Source of the DNA: an uncultured delta proteobacterium
GTDB taxonomy: Bacteria; Desulfobacterota; Desulfomonilia; Desulfomonilales; Desulfomonilaceae
Assembly: GCA_963789265.1 (NCBI GenBank)
Contig: CAWBKB010000001.1
Span: forward strand, 1,408,001 to 1,472,000
Length of the DNA stretch: 64,000 bases
Reading direction: 5' to 3'
Of the stretch, positions 54,081 to 64,000 are shown piece after piece. The notes under the pieces are model-generated. The model was not told the DNA's origin and made no database searches. It saw only the letters and a program-made list of their open reading frames with translations. Positions within the stretch are counted from its first letter, which is position 1. Each line of letters starts with the position of its first letter. The translations under genes were made by a program, and so were the position numbers.

Positions 54081-57000
54081 ATGCAAGACCGGGACAAAAC
54101 CCAAGAGCAGCTCATCGATGAACTAAGAGCGATGCGCCAAAGGCTTTCCGCAATGGAGGCCACAGAAGCCCGGCTCCTCGGAACGGAAAAGGCACTGCGA
54201 GAGAGTGAGGAGCGGTTTCGACTTCTGTATGAGAACGCTCCTCTGGGTTATCAATCCTTGGACGAGAACGGCCATTTTCTTGAAGTGAACCAAGCATGGC
54301 TCGACACCCTGGGATATGACCGCGAGGAGGTCATCGGAAGGTGGTTCGGCGACTTTCTGGCTCCAGGTTATCAGGACCACTTCAAGATCAACTTCCCCAA
54401 ATTCAAAGCCGCGGGTGAGATTCACTGGGTCGAGTTTGAGATGCTCAGGAAAGACGGTTCCCAAGTCTCTGTTGCCTTTGATGGGCAGATAGGACGCGAC
54501 GAACAGGGACGTTTCAGACAAACTCACTGCATATTACATGACATTTCAGAGATCAAGCGATCAGTAGAAGCCTTAAAGGCGTCCGAATCGCGTTACAGAA
54601 GGCTCTTTGAAAATGCACAAGACGGAATTCTGATCCTCGATTTAGACACCGGTCAGATCCTGGATGTGAACCCTCATCTGATAAACATGTTGGGCTATTC
54701 TCACGAAGAGTTCCTGGACACGTTTCTTTGGGAGGTTAGTCCATTCAAGGACACCGCTCTGAACAAGGAGGCTTTTGCAAGACTGCGGCAAGGAGCCTGT
54801 GTCCGTTACGAAGACTTGCCCCTTGAAACTAGCGACGGGCAAACTATCGACGTGGAGTTTGTCAGCAACACTTATTCAGTTGATGGAATGACTTTTATCC
54901 AATGCAATATCCGTGACATCACCGAACGCAAACGGGCCGAGGAAGAGCTGCGCCAGCAAAGAGAAGAGTTACAAATTATCCTAGACTCTGTACCTGCTTT
55001 GATTTTCTACAAAGACACCAACAATAACATGGTCAATGCCAACAAAACCTGGCTTCAAACGTTTGGGTATACAGAACATGACGTTATCGGCAAATGCCTG
55101 GCTGAGTTCTTTCCAACGGAACAAGCAGCGGAATTGTTCCGGGACGATCTGGAAGTTATCACAACAGGACATCCCAAGCAGAATATTCTGGAAGTGATAG
55201 AAATTGATGGGCGACCTCGGGCGTTCGTCACGGACAAGATTCCATATCAGAACGCGAACGGGGACATTATAGGTGTCATCGGATTCTCGCAGGACATCAC
55301 CGACCGCAAACTGGCTGAAGAGGCAATTCGCACGAGCGAAGCACAATTGTCCAACGCATTGCAAATGGCTCATCTGGGCCATTGGGAATACGACGTCGCT
55401 AAAGATCTGTTTACCTTCAACGATGACTTCTACAAGATCTTTCGCACAACTGCTGAACAGGTTGGCGGATACACAATGTCGTCAGCCGACTATGCTCGAC
55501 GTTTCGTCCATCCTGACGATATATCTGTAGTCGGTAATGAAATCCGAAAATCCATTGAAGCCACCGATCCCCACTTCAGCCAACAGTTAGAACACCGCGT
55601 CCTCTACGCGGACGGAGAAATCGGCCATATCACTGTCCGAATTTTCCTGGTCAAGGACGACCTCGGACATACGATTAAGACCTATGGAGTGAATCAGGAC
55701 ATCACTGAGCGAAAACGGGTAGAACAAGCCTTGCAAGACAGTGAGCAGATGCTGAAGAGTCTCTTGGCCGCTTCTCCCGTCGGTATACTGTTTACACAAC
55801 ACAGCAAAATCAAGTGGGCAAATGACGCTTGGGTGACAATGTTCGGATTTGAAAATGAAGGAGAATATATAGATCAGCAGACGGAAATACTATATTCCTC
55901 GCAAGAAGAATACCAGCGTGTCCGTTCCATTCTTTATGGCAATCTCAAGCCTGGAAAGGTTTCTGAAACTGATGCAAGGCTGATGAGAAAAGATGGCTTC
56001 GCAATTGATGTCCATATACGGGTCAACTTCTTAGATCCCTCCGACCCTGCGAAAGGAACCATCTCGGCTCTTTCCGACGTATCAGACCGGAAACGATCAG
56101 AGGAAGAACTGCAGAAAAGTGAAGAAAGGTTGGAACTGGCACTCCAGGGAGCAGACTTGGGTTTGTGGGACTGGTATGTCCAGCAGGGGCGAGCTGTCGC
56201 GAATCAACGGTCTGCTGAGATGATCGGGTATTCACTTGACGAAATTGACCAGAGCTTTGGTTTTTGGGAAAGCCTGCTGCATCCCGACGATAAACGCCGC
56301 GCTTTGGAGAAGGTATTCAATCACCTGTCAAGCTTCACAGTCTCTTATGAAGAGGAGTACCGGGTGAGACACAAATCCGGTGCTTGGAAATGGATTCTTG
56401 CACGCGGCAAGATCACGGAACGTGATCAGGACGGAAAACCGTTGAGAATGACCGGGACCTATCTGGACATTACTGACAGGAAGTCATCCGAGATGCGTGT
56501 GGCCGAGGCCAATGAGCTAAGAGAAAAAATTCTTGCAGCGTCGCCTGTTGGCATTGAGGTATTCAAGGCAAACGGGCAATGTGTCCTCGTAAACGATGCG
56601 ATGGGGCGTGCCATCGGTGGAACGAAAGAACAGCTCTTCGCACAGAATTTCCGCCATATGGCTACCTGGGAAGCAGTCGGGCTCTTGGATGATGCCGATC
56701 AGGTTCTTTCCACGGGTGTGGATAAGCAGCGAGAGATCCATGTCGTATCGACCTTAGGAAAGGAGGTTTGGGCAGAAACTCGTTTGACCAGATTCAACTC
56801 TGGAGGTGAGCCTCATCTTCTCTTAGTCGTCAACGATGTTTCAGAGAGCCGGAAGGCCGAAGCGGCATTGCGATTCGAGAGAGAACAGCTTCTCTCTATT
56901 TTTGGGAGCATAAACGAGGTTATCCTCGTGATCGACCCGCGAACCTATGAAATCTTGTATGCGAACAAGTTCACTGAGAATTTATTCGGAACAGATATTA

Positions 57001-59162
57001 TAGGAGGGAATTGTTATGAGAAATTGAACGGCTTCGATAGTCCTTGTGAACATTGTGCCAATGACAGGCTCATGGAATTACAGGGCCAACCATATCAATG
57101 GGAATACCACAATCCAGTGCTGAAGAGAGATTTCCTTGCAACAGACAGAATGATAAGGTGGCCTGACGGGCGGGATGTGAAATTTCAACTTGCCATAGAT
57201 ATCACCGAGGCCAAGCAAGCTGACCAGGCATTGAGGGAAAGCGAGGAAAAATACCGGGCTGTTTTCGATAATGCTGGGATTGCGATCACTGTGGTTGATC
57301 GGGATAGCAGGAAGCTTACGCAGGCGAATCCTGCATTAGTGAAGATGTTGGGTTATAGCGGTGAAGAACTCCGGCAACTTACCCATCTGGACATAACTCA
57401 TCCTGAAGATAGAGAAATCACTAAACAACACGTAGACAGAGTTATGGAAGGGGCGTTGGATTCGTTCGACCTTGAGAAACGGTACATCAAGAAGGACGGG
57501 AGCATCATTTGGGGGCATCTTTCGGTATCGACCATTCGGGACGCAGAAGGAAATCCAGGGGCTGCGGTGGGCATGATAGCAGACATCGCCGAGCGCAAAA
57601 AGGCTGAAGATGCCGTCCGTAAGAGCGAGGAAATGTTAGAACTTACGTTACAAGCAGCGGATGTTGGCTTATGGGACTGGAATCTTAAGACCGGCTGGGC
57701 TGTCTGGAACGAACGTGCTACTCGGATGCTTGGACATCTACCCGGCGAGGTTCAGCCCAACCTTCGTGCATGGAAAAGCCTTGTCCACCCGGAAGATTGG
57801 CCCCACGTTTCTGAAGTTCTTAACAGCCATCTCGCGGGACGCCTTCCTCTTCTTGAGGTTGAGTATCGGCTGCGATGCAAGTCCGGGGCGTGGAAATGGA
57901 TCTTGGGCCGGGGCAAGGTTGTGGAATATGACGAGCATGGGAAGCCTTCGCGCATGATCGGGACGAATCTGGACATTACCGAACGCAAGTGTGCGGAGCT
58001 AGAAAAAGCAGATCTCAGAGAGCAGCTTATCCAGTCACAAAAGATGGAATCCATCGGCACTCTTGCTGGAGGTATTGCTCACGATTTCAATAACCTTCTT
58101 ACGGTCATCTTGGGTTTCTCGGAACTCATTATATCAGAGAAAGAAAAAGGGGATCAGGAATACGAAGACCTTACGAAGGTAATCCATGCCGCTAGAACTG
58201 CCGGGGATATGGTTCAACAAATCCTTGCCTTCAGTCGCAAGACGGAGACCAAGCTCCGACCAATCAACCTCAACAAGGAAGTTGGGCAACTAAAGAAGAT
58301 GCTCTCCAGGTTGATACCCAAAACCATTGTAGTTGAAATTAGCCTTGATTCCGGTCTTCCAACAGTGAATGCCGATCCCGCACAAATCGAGCAAATTCTG
58401 ATGAATCTGACGGTGAATTCCAGAGACTCAATGCCGAATGGCGGGCGGCTGCTCATCAAAACCCAAACAGTCATGCTGGACGAGAAGTATTGCCGCCTCC
58501 ATCTTGAAGCCTCCCAAGGACGGCATGCTCTTCTCGTTGTCACGGATACGGGTGTCGGCATTGATAGAACCACGATGGACCGTATATTCGAGCCGTTTTA
58601 TACGACCAAGAAACCGGGTCAGGGAACTGGCTTGGGGCTCGCAATGGTTTACGGGATAGTGAAAAGCCACGGTGGGCACATCATCTGTGAGAGTGAACTT
58701 GGAAGCGGGACCACTTTCAAGATATATCTTCCGGCGCACCAAGCTGAAGGAGAAGCAGACGTAACGGTTTCCAGTCAGTTTTCGGCATTAGGTGCAGGAA
58801 CAATCCTTTTGGTGGATGACGAGGAATTTGTACGAGCACTTGGACAAAGGATCTTAGAAAAGGCTGGTTACACTGTTATTACGGCGACAAATGGTCAAGA
58901 AGCTGTTGAGCTTTACAAGGATAAAGGGAACCATATTTCGCTGGTAATCCTTGACCTCATCATGCCGGTGATGGACGGCAATCAATGCATTACGGAAATC
59001 CTAAGGCTTGATCCGAGAGCAAGAGTGTTGATAGCGAGCGGATATTCTCCTGACGGAATCGTAAGAGAAACACTGGAAGGCGGAGCCAAAGGATTTGTTA
59101 GAAAGCCCTATAACGTGAAGCAACTCTTAAAAACTGTCCGGGATGCGTTGAAAGAGAAGTAA
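54081..59162 (+). CDS. Large multi-PAS hybrid sensor histidine kinase/response regulator (1693 aa)
   Basis: About ten PAS/PAC repeats ending in DIT/DIS; GGIAHDFNN, PFYTTK, GTGLGL; receiver LDLIMPVMDG. Confidence 0.95.
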   Translation: MQDRDKTQEQLIDELRAMRQRLSAMEATEARLLGTEKALRESEERFRLLYENAPLGYQSLDENGHFLEVNQAWLDTLGYDREEVIGRWFGDFLAPGYQDHFKINFPKFKAAGEIHWVEFEMLRKDGSQVSVAFDGQIGRDEQGRFRQTHCILHDISEIKRSVEALKASESRYRRLFENAQDGILILDLDTGQILDVNPHLINMLGYSHEEFLDTFLWEVSPFKDTALNKEAFARLRQGACVRYEDLPLETSDGQTIDVEFVSNTYSVDGMTFIQCNIRDITERKRAEEELRQQREELQIILDSVPALIFYKDTNNNMVNANKTWLQTFGYTEHDVIGKCLAEFFPTEQAAELFRDDLEVITTGHPKQNILEVIEIDGRPRAFVTDKIPYQNANGDIIGVIGFSQDITDRKLAEEAIRTSEAQLSNALQMAHLGHWEYDVAKDLFTFNDDFYKIFRTTAEQVGGYTMSSADYARRFVHPDDISVVGNEIRKSIEATDPHFSQQLEHRVLYADGEIGHITVRIFLVKDDLGHTIKTYGVNQDITERKRVEQALQDSEQMLKSLLAASPVGILFTQHSKIKWANDAWVTMFGFENEGEYIDQQTEILYSSQEEYQRVRSILYGNLKPGKVSETDARLMRKDGFAIDVHIRVNFLDPSDPAKGTISALSDVSDRKRSEEELQKSEERLELALQGADLGLWDWYVQQGRAVANQRSAEMIGYSLDEIDQSFGFWESLLHPDDKRRALEKVFNHLSSFTVSYEEEYRVRHKSGAWKWILARGKITERDQDGKPLRMTGTYLDITDRKSSEMRVAEANELREKILAASPVGIEVFKANGQCVLVNDAMGRAIGGTKEQLFAQNFRHMATWEAVGLLDDADQVLSTGVDKQREIHVVSTLGKEVWAETRLTRFNSGGEPHLLLVVNDVSESRKAEAALRFEREQLLSIFGSINEVILVIDPRTYEILYANKFTENLFGTDIIGGNCYEKLNGFDSPCEHCANDRLMELQGQPYQWEYHNPVLKRDFLATDRMIRWPDGRDVKFQLAIDITEAKQADQALRESEEKYRAVFDNAGIAITVVDRDSRKLTQANPALVKMLGYSGEELRQLTHLDITHPEDREITKQHVDRVMEGALDSFDLEKRYIKKDGSIIWGHLSVSTIRDAEGNPGAAVGMIADIAERKKAEDAVRKSEEMLELTLQAADVGLWDWNLKTGWAVWNERATRMLGHLPGEVQPNLRAWKSLVHPEDWPHVSEVLNSHLAGRLPLLEVEYRLRCKSGAWKWILGRGKVVEYDEHGKPSRMIGTNLDITERKCAELEKADLREQLIQSQKMESIGTLAGGIAHDFNNLLTVILGFSELIISEKEKGDQEYEDLTKVIHAARTAGDMVQQILAFSRKTETKLRPINLNKEVGQLKKMLSRLIPKTIVVEISLDSGLPTVNADPAQIEQILMNLTVNSRDSMPNGGRLLIKTQTVMLDEKYCRLHLEASQGRHALLVVTDTGVGIDRTTMDRIFEPFYTTKKPGQGTGLGLAMVYGIVKSHGGHIICESELGSGTTFKIYLPAHQAEGEADVTVSSQFSALGAGTILLVDDEEFVRALGQRILEKAGYTVITATNGQEAVELYKDKGNHISLVILDLIMPVMDGNQCITEILRLDPRARVLIASGYSPDGIVRETLEGGAKGFVRKPYNVKQLLKTVRDALKEK

Positions 59163-59677
59163 CTACCGGCCCAGGAAGAAGTGCAGAGCAACAAAAGAAA
59201 GAAATGGTCTACGATTAGGACGTACGCCCGTTCCAAGGACTCGTCCGAACCGATTAACGGAATACAGTGTGCTTTATATCTCGAATGCCCGGCGCAATCA
59301 TGAGCCAAGGGTCGCCATTGCCAGGCATAATTAAGCCCTCCAAGAGGGATTACCGATGTCCTCATGCTGCGTTCATCCAAGAGTGAATCGGGTTTGGCTC
59401 TGCGAGGGGCCTGAGGGCTGGCAATCAAAATCGCAAAAGAATGTGACTGCTCACGAGAAAGATCCCAGGCTTGTGAACCGAATTTGTGTCTGACGTGCTG
59501 CGAAAAGCCTCTGAGACTCAAAGGCTGACCCTTCTCTACGTTTCAGAGAGGCTGAATGAGATCTTGTGAGGCGAATTTGCATCTGAGAAAGCCAAGAGAA
59601 TCTGCTCTCCAAAGTGTTGTACTGGAATAACCTGCGGCTAAGAGCATCCAGATGGGTGCGAGTGAGGAACATCGTTG

Positions 59678-60375
59678 TTATCTCCCGAATCGAACCCTCA
59701 GCCAAGTGAACCGCTTCTGTGTCTTGTCGTTCTTCACGGCAATAGCCAAAGCTTTTTTACTGCCCACGACGATCGCCAGTCTCTTTCCCCTCGTGATCGC
59801 AGTGTACAAGAGGTTTCTTTGCAGCAGGATGTAGTGCTGGGTCAGGAGAGGAATCACCACGCAAGGGTATTCGGAGCCCTGCGCCTTGTGAACCGAGACA
59901 GCATAAGCCAGGACCAACTCGTCCAGGTCTGAGTAATCATAGACCACGGATCGCCCATCGAACGTGATCGTCAGCTCCTGCATTTCAGTCTCAATCCGAA
60001 TGATTCGCCCAATGTCCCCGTTGAAGACCTCCTTGTCGTAGTTGTTCCTGATCTGCATCACCTTGTCATCGAACCGGAAGTTCCTGCCGCCCCTCGTTAC
60101 CCCGTCCTCTCTCGGATTGAGAGCCTTCTGAAGCTCGACATTGAGGTTGGTTGTTCCAACCAAGCCCCGATTCATCGGAGTCAGGATATGAACCTCGTCA
60201 ATCGGATCGAATCCGAACGCGTTTCTGATTCTACTGCCGACGAAATCCAAAATTATTCGGAGCGCTACTTCCGGCTCCGTCTTCTCGATGAAATAGAAAT
60301 CGTTCCTTCCCTCGGCATTGGGCTGAAGTCGAGGCATCAAGCCGCTGTTGATGCGACGAGCATTCACGATGATGT
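59678..60375 (-). pseudogene. recD2: C-terminal fragment of RecD2-like ATP-dependent helicase
   Basis: KVMQIRNNYDKEVFNGDIG, AYAVSVHKAQGSEY, RNLLYTAITR; the N-terminal part including Walker A is absent. Confidence 0.85.
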
Positions 60376-60910
60376 CGGGGTCGCGGCCCCGGCATGCTAC
60401 CGCACGGACGGGGAAATCGGGCTATAGGGGGGTGAGTGGCGGGGCATCACACCGAACTGTTTCAACGGGTGGGGAACAATACCCCAACGGTCTCACTATC
60501 CATGAATCACGAAAATCCCCTGGTTTTGAACAAAGGTTCCGTCAATTCGGTTTGAATCTGATGCGATACTGTTTCTCGTTTCGAGGGACGATCTCAACAG
60601 GCCCGAGAGTCCATCTCCTTCCCGTAGAGCATCTAACGACATGCCTGTCCGCCGTTATCCAAATTCCTACTCGGTTAATAAAGTTTTTGGCACGACAATT
60701 GCTAGATGCCGCGTTCACGCGTGACACTCTGGCGGAGGGTCAACTCCGCCGAATTGGACGCTTAAGCCAAGACGAGGTGGGTCCATTTGGATTACATTAA
60801 GGAACGGTACACCTCAGGCTCCATCAAATAGTTCTCGAAAAGAGCCTTTTTGAAGTATCGACGTTCGACCAGAGTAAGAGACAAACACCTTCTCTCTGGG
60901 AGAGAAATCC

Positions 60911-61159
60911 ATGAGCAAACGTCACCTTGTGAAGATGCCGATGTTTTCGACAAGGGATCTTCCGGCTATAGTCCGCAAGTGGTACAAGAACTCAGGCGAG
61001 TGGGTCTCTCTCGGCGATCAACTGTGCGTTGTTGAAACGCGAAAGGCCGCTTACGACGTGGTCTCCGACGGCGAGGGCTTCTTAACCCAAATCGTTCCGG
61101 TGGGGGCTGTTGTGCGGGTGGGATACACTTTAGCCGAGTTGAGTTCACAAATGGAGTAA
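60911..61159 (+). CDS. Stand-alone lipoyl/biotinyl carrier-like domain protein
   Basis: VRKWYKNSGEWVSLGDQLCVVETRKAAYDV resembles the lipoyl ETxK motif. Confidence 0.65.
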   Translation: MSKRHLVKMPMFSTRDLPAIVRKWYKNSGEWVSLGDQLCVVETRKAAYDVVSDGEGFLTQIVPVGAVVRVGYTLAELSSQME

Positions 61160-61791
61160 ATCTCATGCTCGCCGGTTGCCAGGTGGGTGCGGGTCAGTTG
61201 ACGAAACTGATCATTTACCTTGATGATGATTCAAGGGATTCCGTAGCAATATTCTTTCCCCACAAAGATCAGATTGTCCGGGGGCTTGAAACTGCCGCCC
61301 AAGCCAGATTCAAGAACAAATGGGACTCAAGTAAGGGGAGGGAAAGAGAACGCGCAAATTGTCTCAGGCTCGTCTCCGATGGCAACCGCCGTCCTGGATC
61401 GGATTAGAGAGAGATCGTGTCTTTACCAGGAATGAGCGAAGGATTCTCGGCAGAGAAGAAGATACCCATTCTGCTCATCCTCCCGGCAGATATTCCCCAA
61501 AAAAGATCCCCATGAGTTTTGTCCGTTTTCTTTCGCAAGGCTTATTCTGCGTCTCTATTTGCGCTGACTCCACAATCCCTTTCGGAATTTATTCCCGAAC
61601 ACCCTGGTCATTTTTTTGTGGCCCTGAAAGTCTTTGCATAGACTGCGCTGCGGCTGCTTAAGGTTGATGGGGTTGGCGACAAGAGCCTTCCACCAATTCG
61701 GAGGGCATTCCTTACAAAAATGATAATTGACATTCTTCATGTTCCAGAGCAAACTTATCGACAACGATGCCATTTTAGGGAGGGAGTTGGA

Positions 61792-61998
61792 ATGAGCGGT
61801 AAAAATTATTGGGAGGCAAAGAACTGTCCCCCAGAAACCAAAGCCAAGTGTCCGGCATATCCAGACCACGGGCGAGACTGTTGGCTAGTAGCAGGAACCT
61901 TTTGCCGGGGAAAGCAACAAGGGACTCCGATGGAAAAGAGGGAGTTCTGCTTGTTTGATTGTGGGTTTCCAGAAGCAGTCGCAAGAGGTGAAGAATGA
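61792..61998 (+). CDS. Small Cys-rich two-CW-domain-like protein
   Basis: NYWEAKNC...CPAYP..GRDCWLVAGTFC; RBS ggaggg. Confidence 0.7.
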   Translation: MSGKNYWEAKNCPPETKAKCPAYPDHGRDCWLVAGTFCRGKQQGTPMEKREFCLFDCGFPEAVARGEE

Positions 61999-62345
61999 GC
62001 CGGATGCGTCAAACGGCTCCCGACAATAGAGATAGAGTTCAAGGAATAGCGCTCTATAAGGGAGGCGATTCTGCCCAGGACAGCCATCACGGAACCCTCA
62101 AGTTCAGGCAACCGGCAACGGTGAGCGCAAACGTGACTCAGTAACCACCCTGAGCTGGGACACCCTAAACGGTGCATTGCCTCTCTGAGGTATCCCCGAC
62201 AGCCTTGTGAAAAAGAAGGTGTCTCCGCGAGCCTGAACCTCCCGAAAGGGAGTCGTGAGAGGTAGCGTCTCCGGCGAGAGTCGGCGGGGTTGTCGGGAGA
62301 TGCCAAATCCCTCGGCCCATTTGGCGTGAATTATGTGGAACATTC
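61997..62345 (+). ncRNA. Large structured RNA, candidate circularly permuted group II intron-derived ribozyme
   Basis: GAGCCG..CGGCTC D5-like hairpin first. Then GNRA hairpins (GCAA, GAAA, GAGA), a long stem 62185-62204/62289-62315, and pseudoknot pairs gttcaggc/gcctgaac and gggacacc/ggtgtctc. Confidence 0.6.
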
Positions 62346-62561
62346 AATGTGTTGTAGTCTTCTCTGCCGCTGACCGACGATGCAATCTAACCTCGTCGTC
62401 GGATTCTTTATAGCTTCTGCCCGCCGGTCGTATACCTGAAGACCAGGGTCGCAAAATGTTGATGTCCGTCCGAGCGTTTTCAACATAGGCAGGGCGCGAC
62501 GGCATTTGCACAAGCACCAATCCGTTCTGACGCGAAACGAGCCGTGGATTGCATTCGCGAA

Positions 62562-62870
62562 TCAGGCTTGTGGACTCGCTCCTTCCACAAACATAAGTCG
62601 CCTTTCCAGGGCTGCGTCGCGAAACTTCAGCGCTTCCGCGTATTCGGGAGACTCGTACCACTTGCGAATTTGCTCCATTGAGGAAAATTCTACGATAACG
62701 ACTCGGCGTGGGATTGGCTCGCCCTCGACTACTATAGCCTCTGCTGCTCGCGCAAGATAACGGCCACCGTAGGTTGCAATGGAAGCCGCTGCAAGCTGAC
62801 GATATTGGTTTGCAGCATCCTCGTTGATGATTTCGACCTCGGAGATAACGAAAGCACTCATGTGAGCCAC
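62562..62870 (-). CDS. DUF1330 domain protein
   Basis: YGGRYLAR, VVEG, VIVEFSS, WYESPEY. Confidence 0.9.
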   Translation of the reverse strand: MAHMSAFVISEVEIINEDAANQYRQLAAASIATYGGRYLARAAEAIVVEGEPIPRRVVIVEFSSMEQIRKWYESPEYAEALKFRDAALERRLMFVEGASPQA

Positions 62871-63098
62871 TCCTTAGAGGAAATGCAGGGCGTCAGTCCG
62901 GGAGCACACTGAGTAATCAGGCGGTCATGACGCCCAATGTTGAACTTCAACGGCTTCCGCAAGCCAGAGTGACACCGGAAAGCTCCATTTCTGGGCATTC
63001 CGGCTCATACAATGTAGGGCAGTTTACTTGCAGGAAACTCCCCGTTACCGATAGGAACAAGGCTCGTTGTAAATTGTTTAGCGTCGCATGGCACGCGT

Positions 63099-63542
63099 CT
63101 ACCATTTGCGGTACGACAGGAACTTTCCGTTGTAAGTGACGACAACCCGGTCGCCCTTTGGATCTGTCTTTTTCTGAATATCGATCTCGAAATCAATGGC
63201 ACTCATGATGCCGTCACCGAACATCTCGTGAATAATCTCCTTCATGGTCGTCCCATACACCTGGGTGATCTCGTGAAAGCGATACACGAGAGGATCAACG
63301 GGAACCGTAGCGTCAAGAGACCCCTTCATCGGACACTCCTGGAGCACCTCGGCCACTGACTTATCCAGGCCCAGAACCGCTGCTGACTTTTCAGCCAGCT
63401 CCGGGGGCATGCTGTTTTGGCCGAGCAAGGCTGAGGTCACCCAGACCGTATGGCTACCGACCTTTTCGGCAATTTGCTCCCAGGTCAATCCCTTTTCCTT
63501 CTTGGCTGCTCGGATTTTTTCGGTGGCTTCTTTCCTTGTCAT
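63099..63542 (-). CDS. cynS: Cyanate hydratase (cyanase)
   Basis: DPLVYRFHE, IHEMFGDGIMSAIDF, GDRVVVTYNGKFLSY. Confidence 0.95.
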   Translation of the reverse strand: MTRKEATEKIRAAKKEKGLTWEQIAEKVGSHTVWVTSALLGQNSMPPELAEKSAAVLGLDKSVAEVLQECPMKGSLDATVPVDPLVYRFHEITQVYGTTMKEIIHEMFGDGIMSAIDFEIDIQKKTDPKGDRVVVTYNGKFLSYRKW

Positions 63543-64000
63543 GTCGGGTCTCCCGTTTCTTAGGTGTGATGTCAGCCGAAATTATGCGGCTATCTTGCCA
63601 TTTTGAGGTCTTCGGGACGATAACGGAGCGAGGGATGGTACCCGGAAGCCTGAAGAGGTTGCCGTATTTCCTCCCACTAGTCCCGACAGAGGTAAAACCG
63701 CCGTCACTTTGCTGAAAAAGGATCTTATATTGACGTCTAAACATAGCCTACTGCTCAGGCCACGGTCAAACTAATTTTTGCTGAACAGCCTCGATAACGA
63801 GCAAAACAAGATATCGCTCATAAGGCACCGGAGAACGATTCTCCGCGATCATCTGATTCGGGGTATGCTGACGTATTCAAAAATTCCGTCCGCGCGTCTA
63901 CCGCGTTCTGATTGCGCGAAATTGTCAAAATTCGGTGCCTGCAGTCATGACCATCTCACGTGAGATTGCGATTGACTGAGGGGGTGGGACCAGGTAAGCT

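Noticed and set aside
62930..62990. Integron attC site
   Set aside because: gcccaat start resembles RYYYAAC, but no matching GTTRRRY or L boxes and no integron integrase were found.
63587..63601. sigma54 promoter upstream of cynS (TGGCAAGATAGCCGC)
   Set aside because: Spacing is correct but the -12 element lacks TT; too weak to call.

Overview
Accessory-rich bacterial window. The style of its PAS hybrid kinases and sigma54 circuits suggests a Desulfomonile-like deltaproteobacterium (inference). About ten single-base frameshifts look like long-read errors. The left part (1-33 kb) holds: an IorB-like molybdoenzyme with di-heme and 7-heme cytochromes c; an IS110/IS1111 element in a perfect palindrome, flanked by a 62-bp direct repeat; GH3, cupin and ankyrin genes; MNT-HEPN pairs; EPS/SGNH genes; flavodoxin-fold proteins; PadR; a PAS kinase; and a dynamin-like GTPase split by an ISKra4 element with a 9-bp TSD. 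Two identical 47-bp tRNA-Phe 3' fragments (32966, 53307) bound a ~20-kb island with a truncated tyrosine integrase. Its cargo is a sigma54-controlled operon: TorT-like ABC transporter, LamB/PxpA, GabT, a split urea-carboxylase/LamA-like biotin enzyme, flavin oxidoreductase, Mo-aldehyde oxidoreductase, TusE and cysteine desulfurase. This is a candidate lactam -> omega-amino acid -> dicarboxylate pathway. The right part holds a 1693-aa PAS kinase, a recD2 fragment, a highly structured ~350-nt RNA resembling a circularly permuted group II ribozyme, DUF1330 and cyanase.
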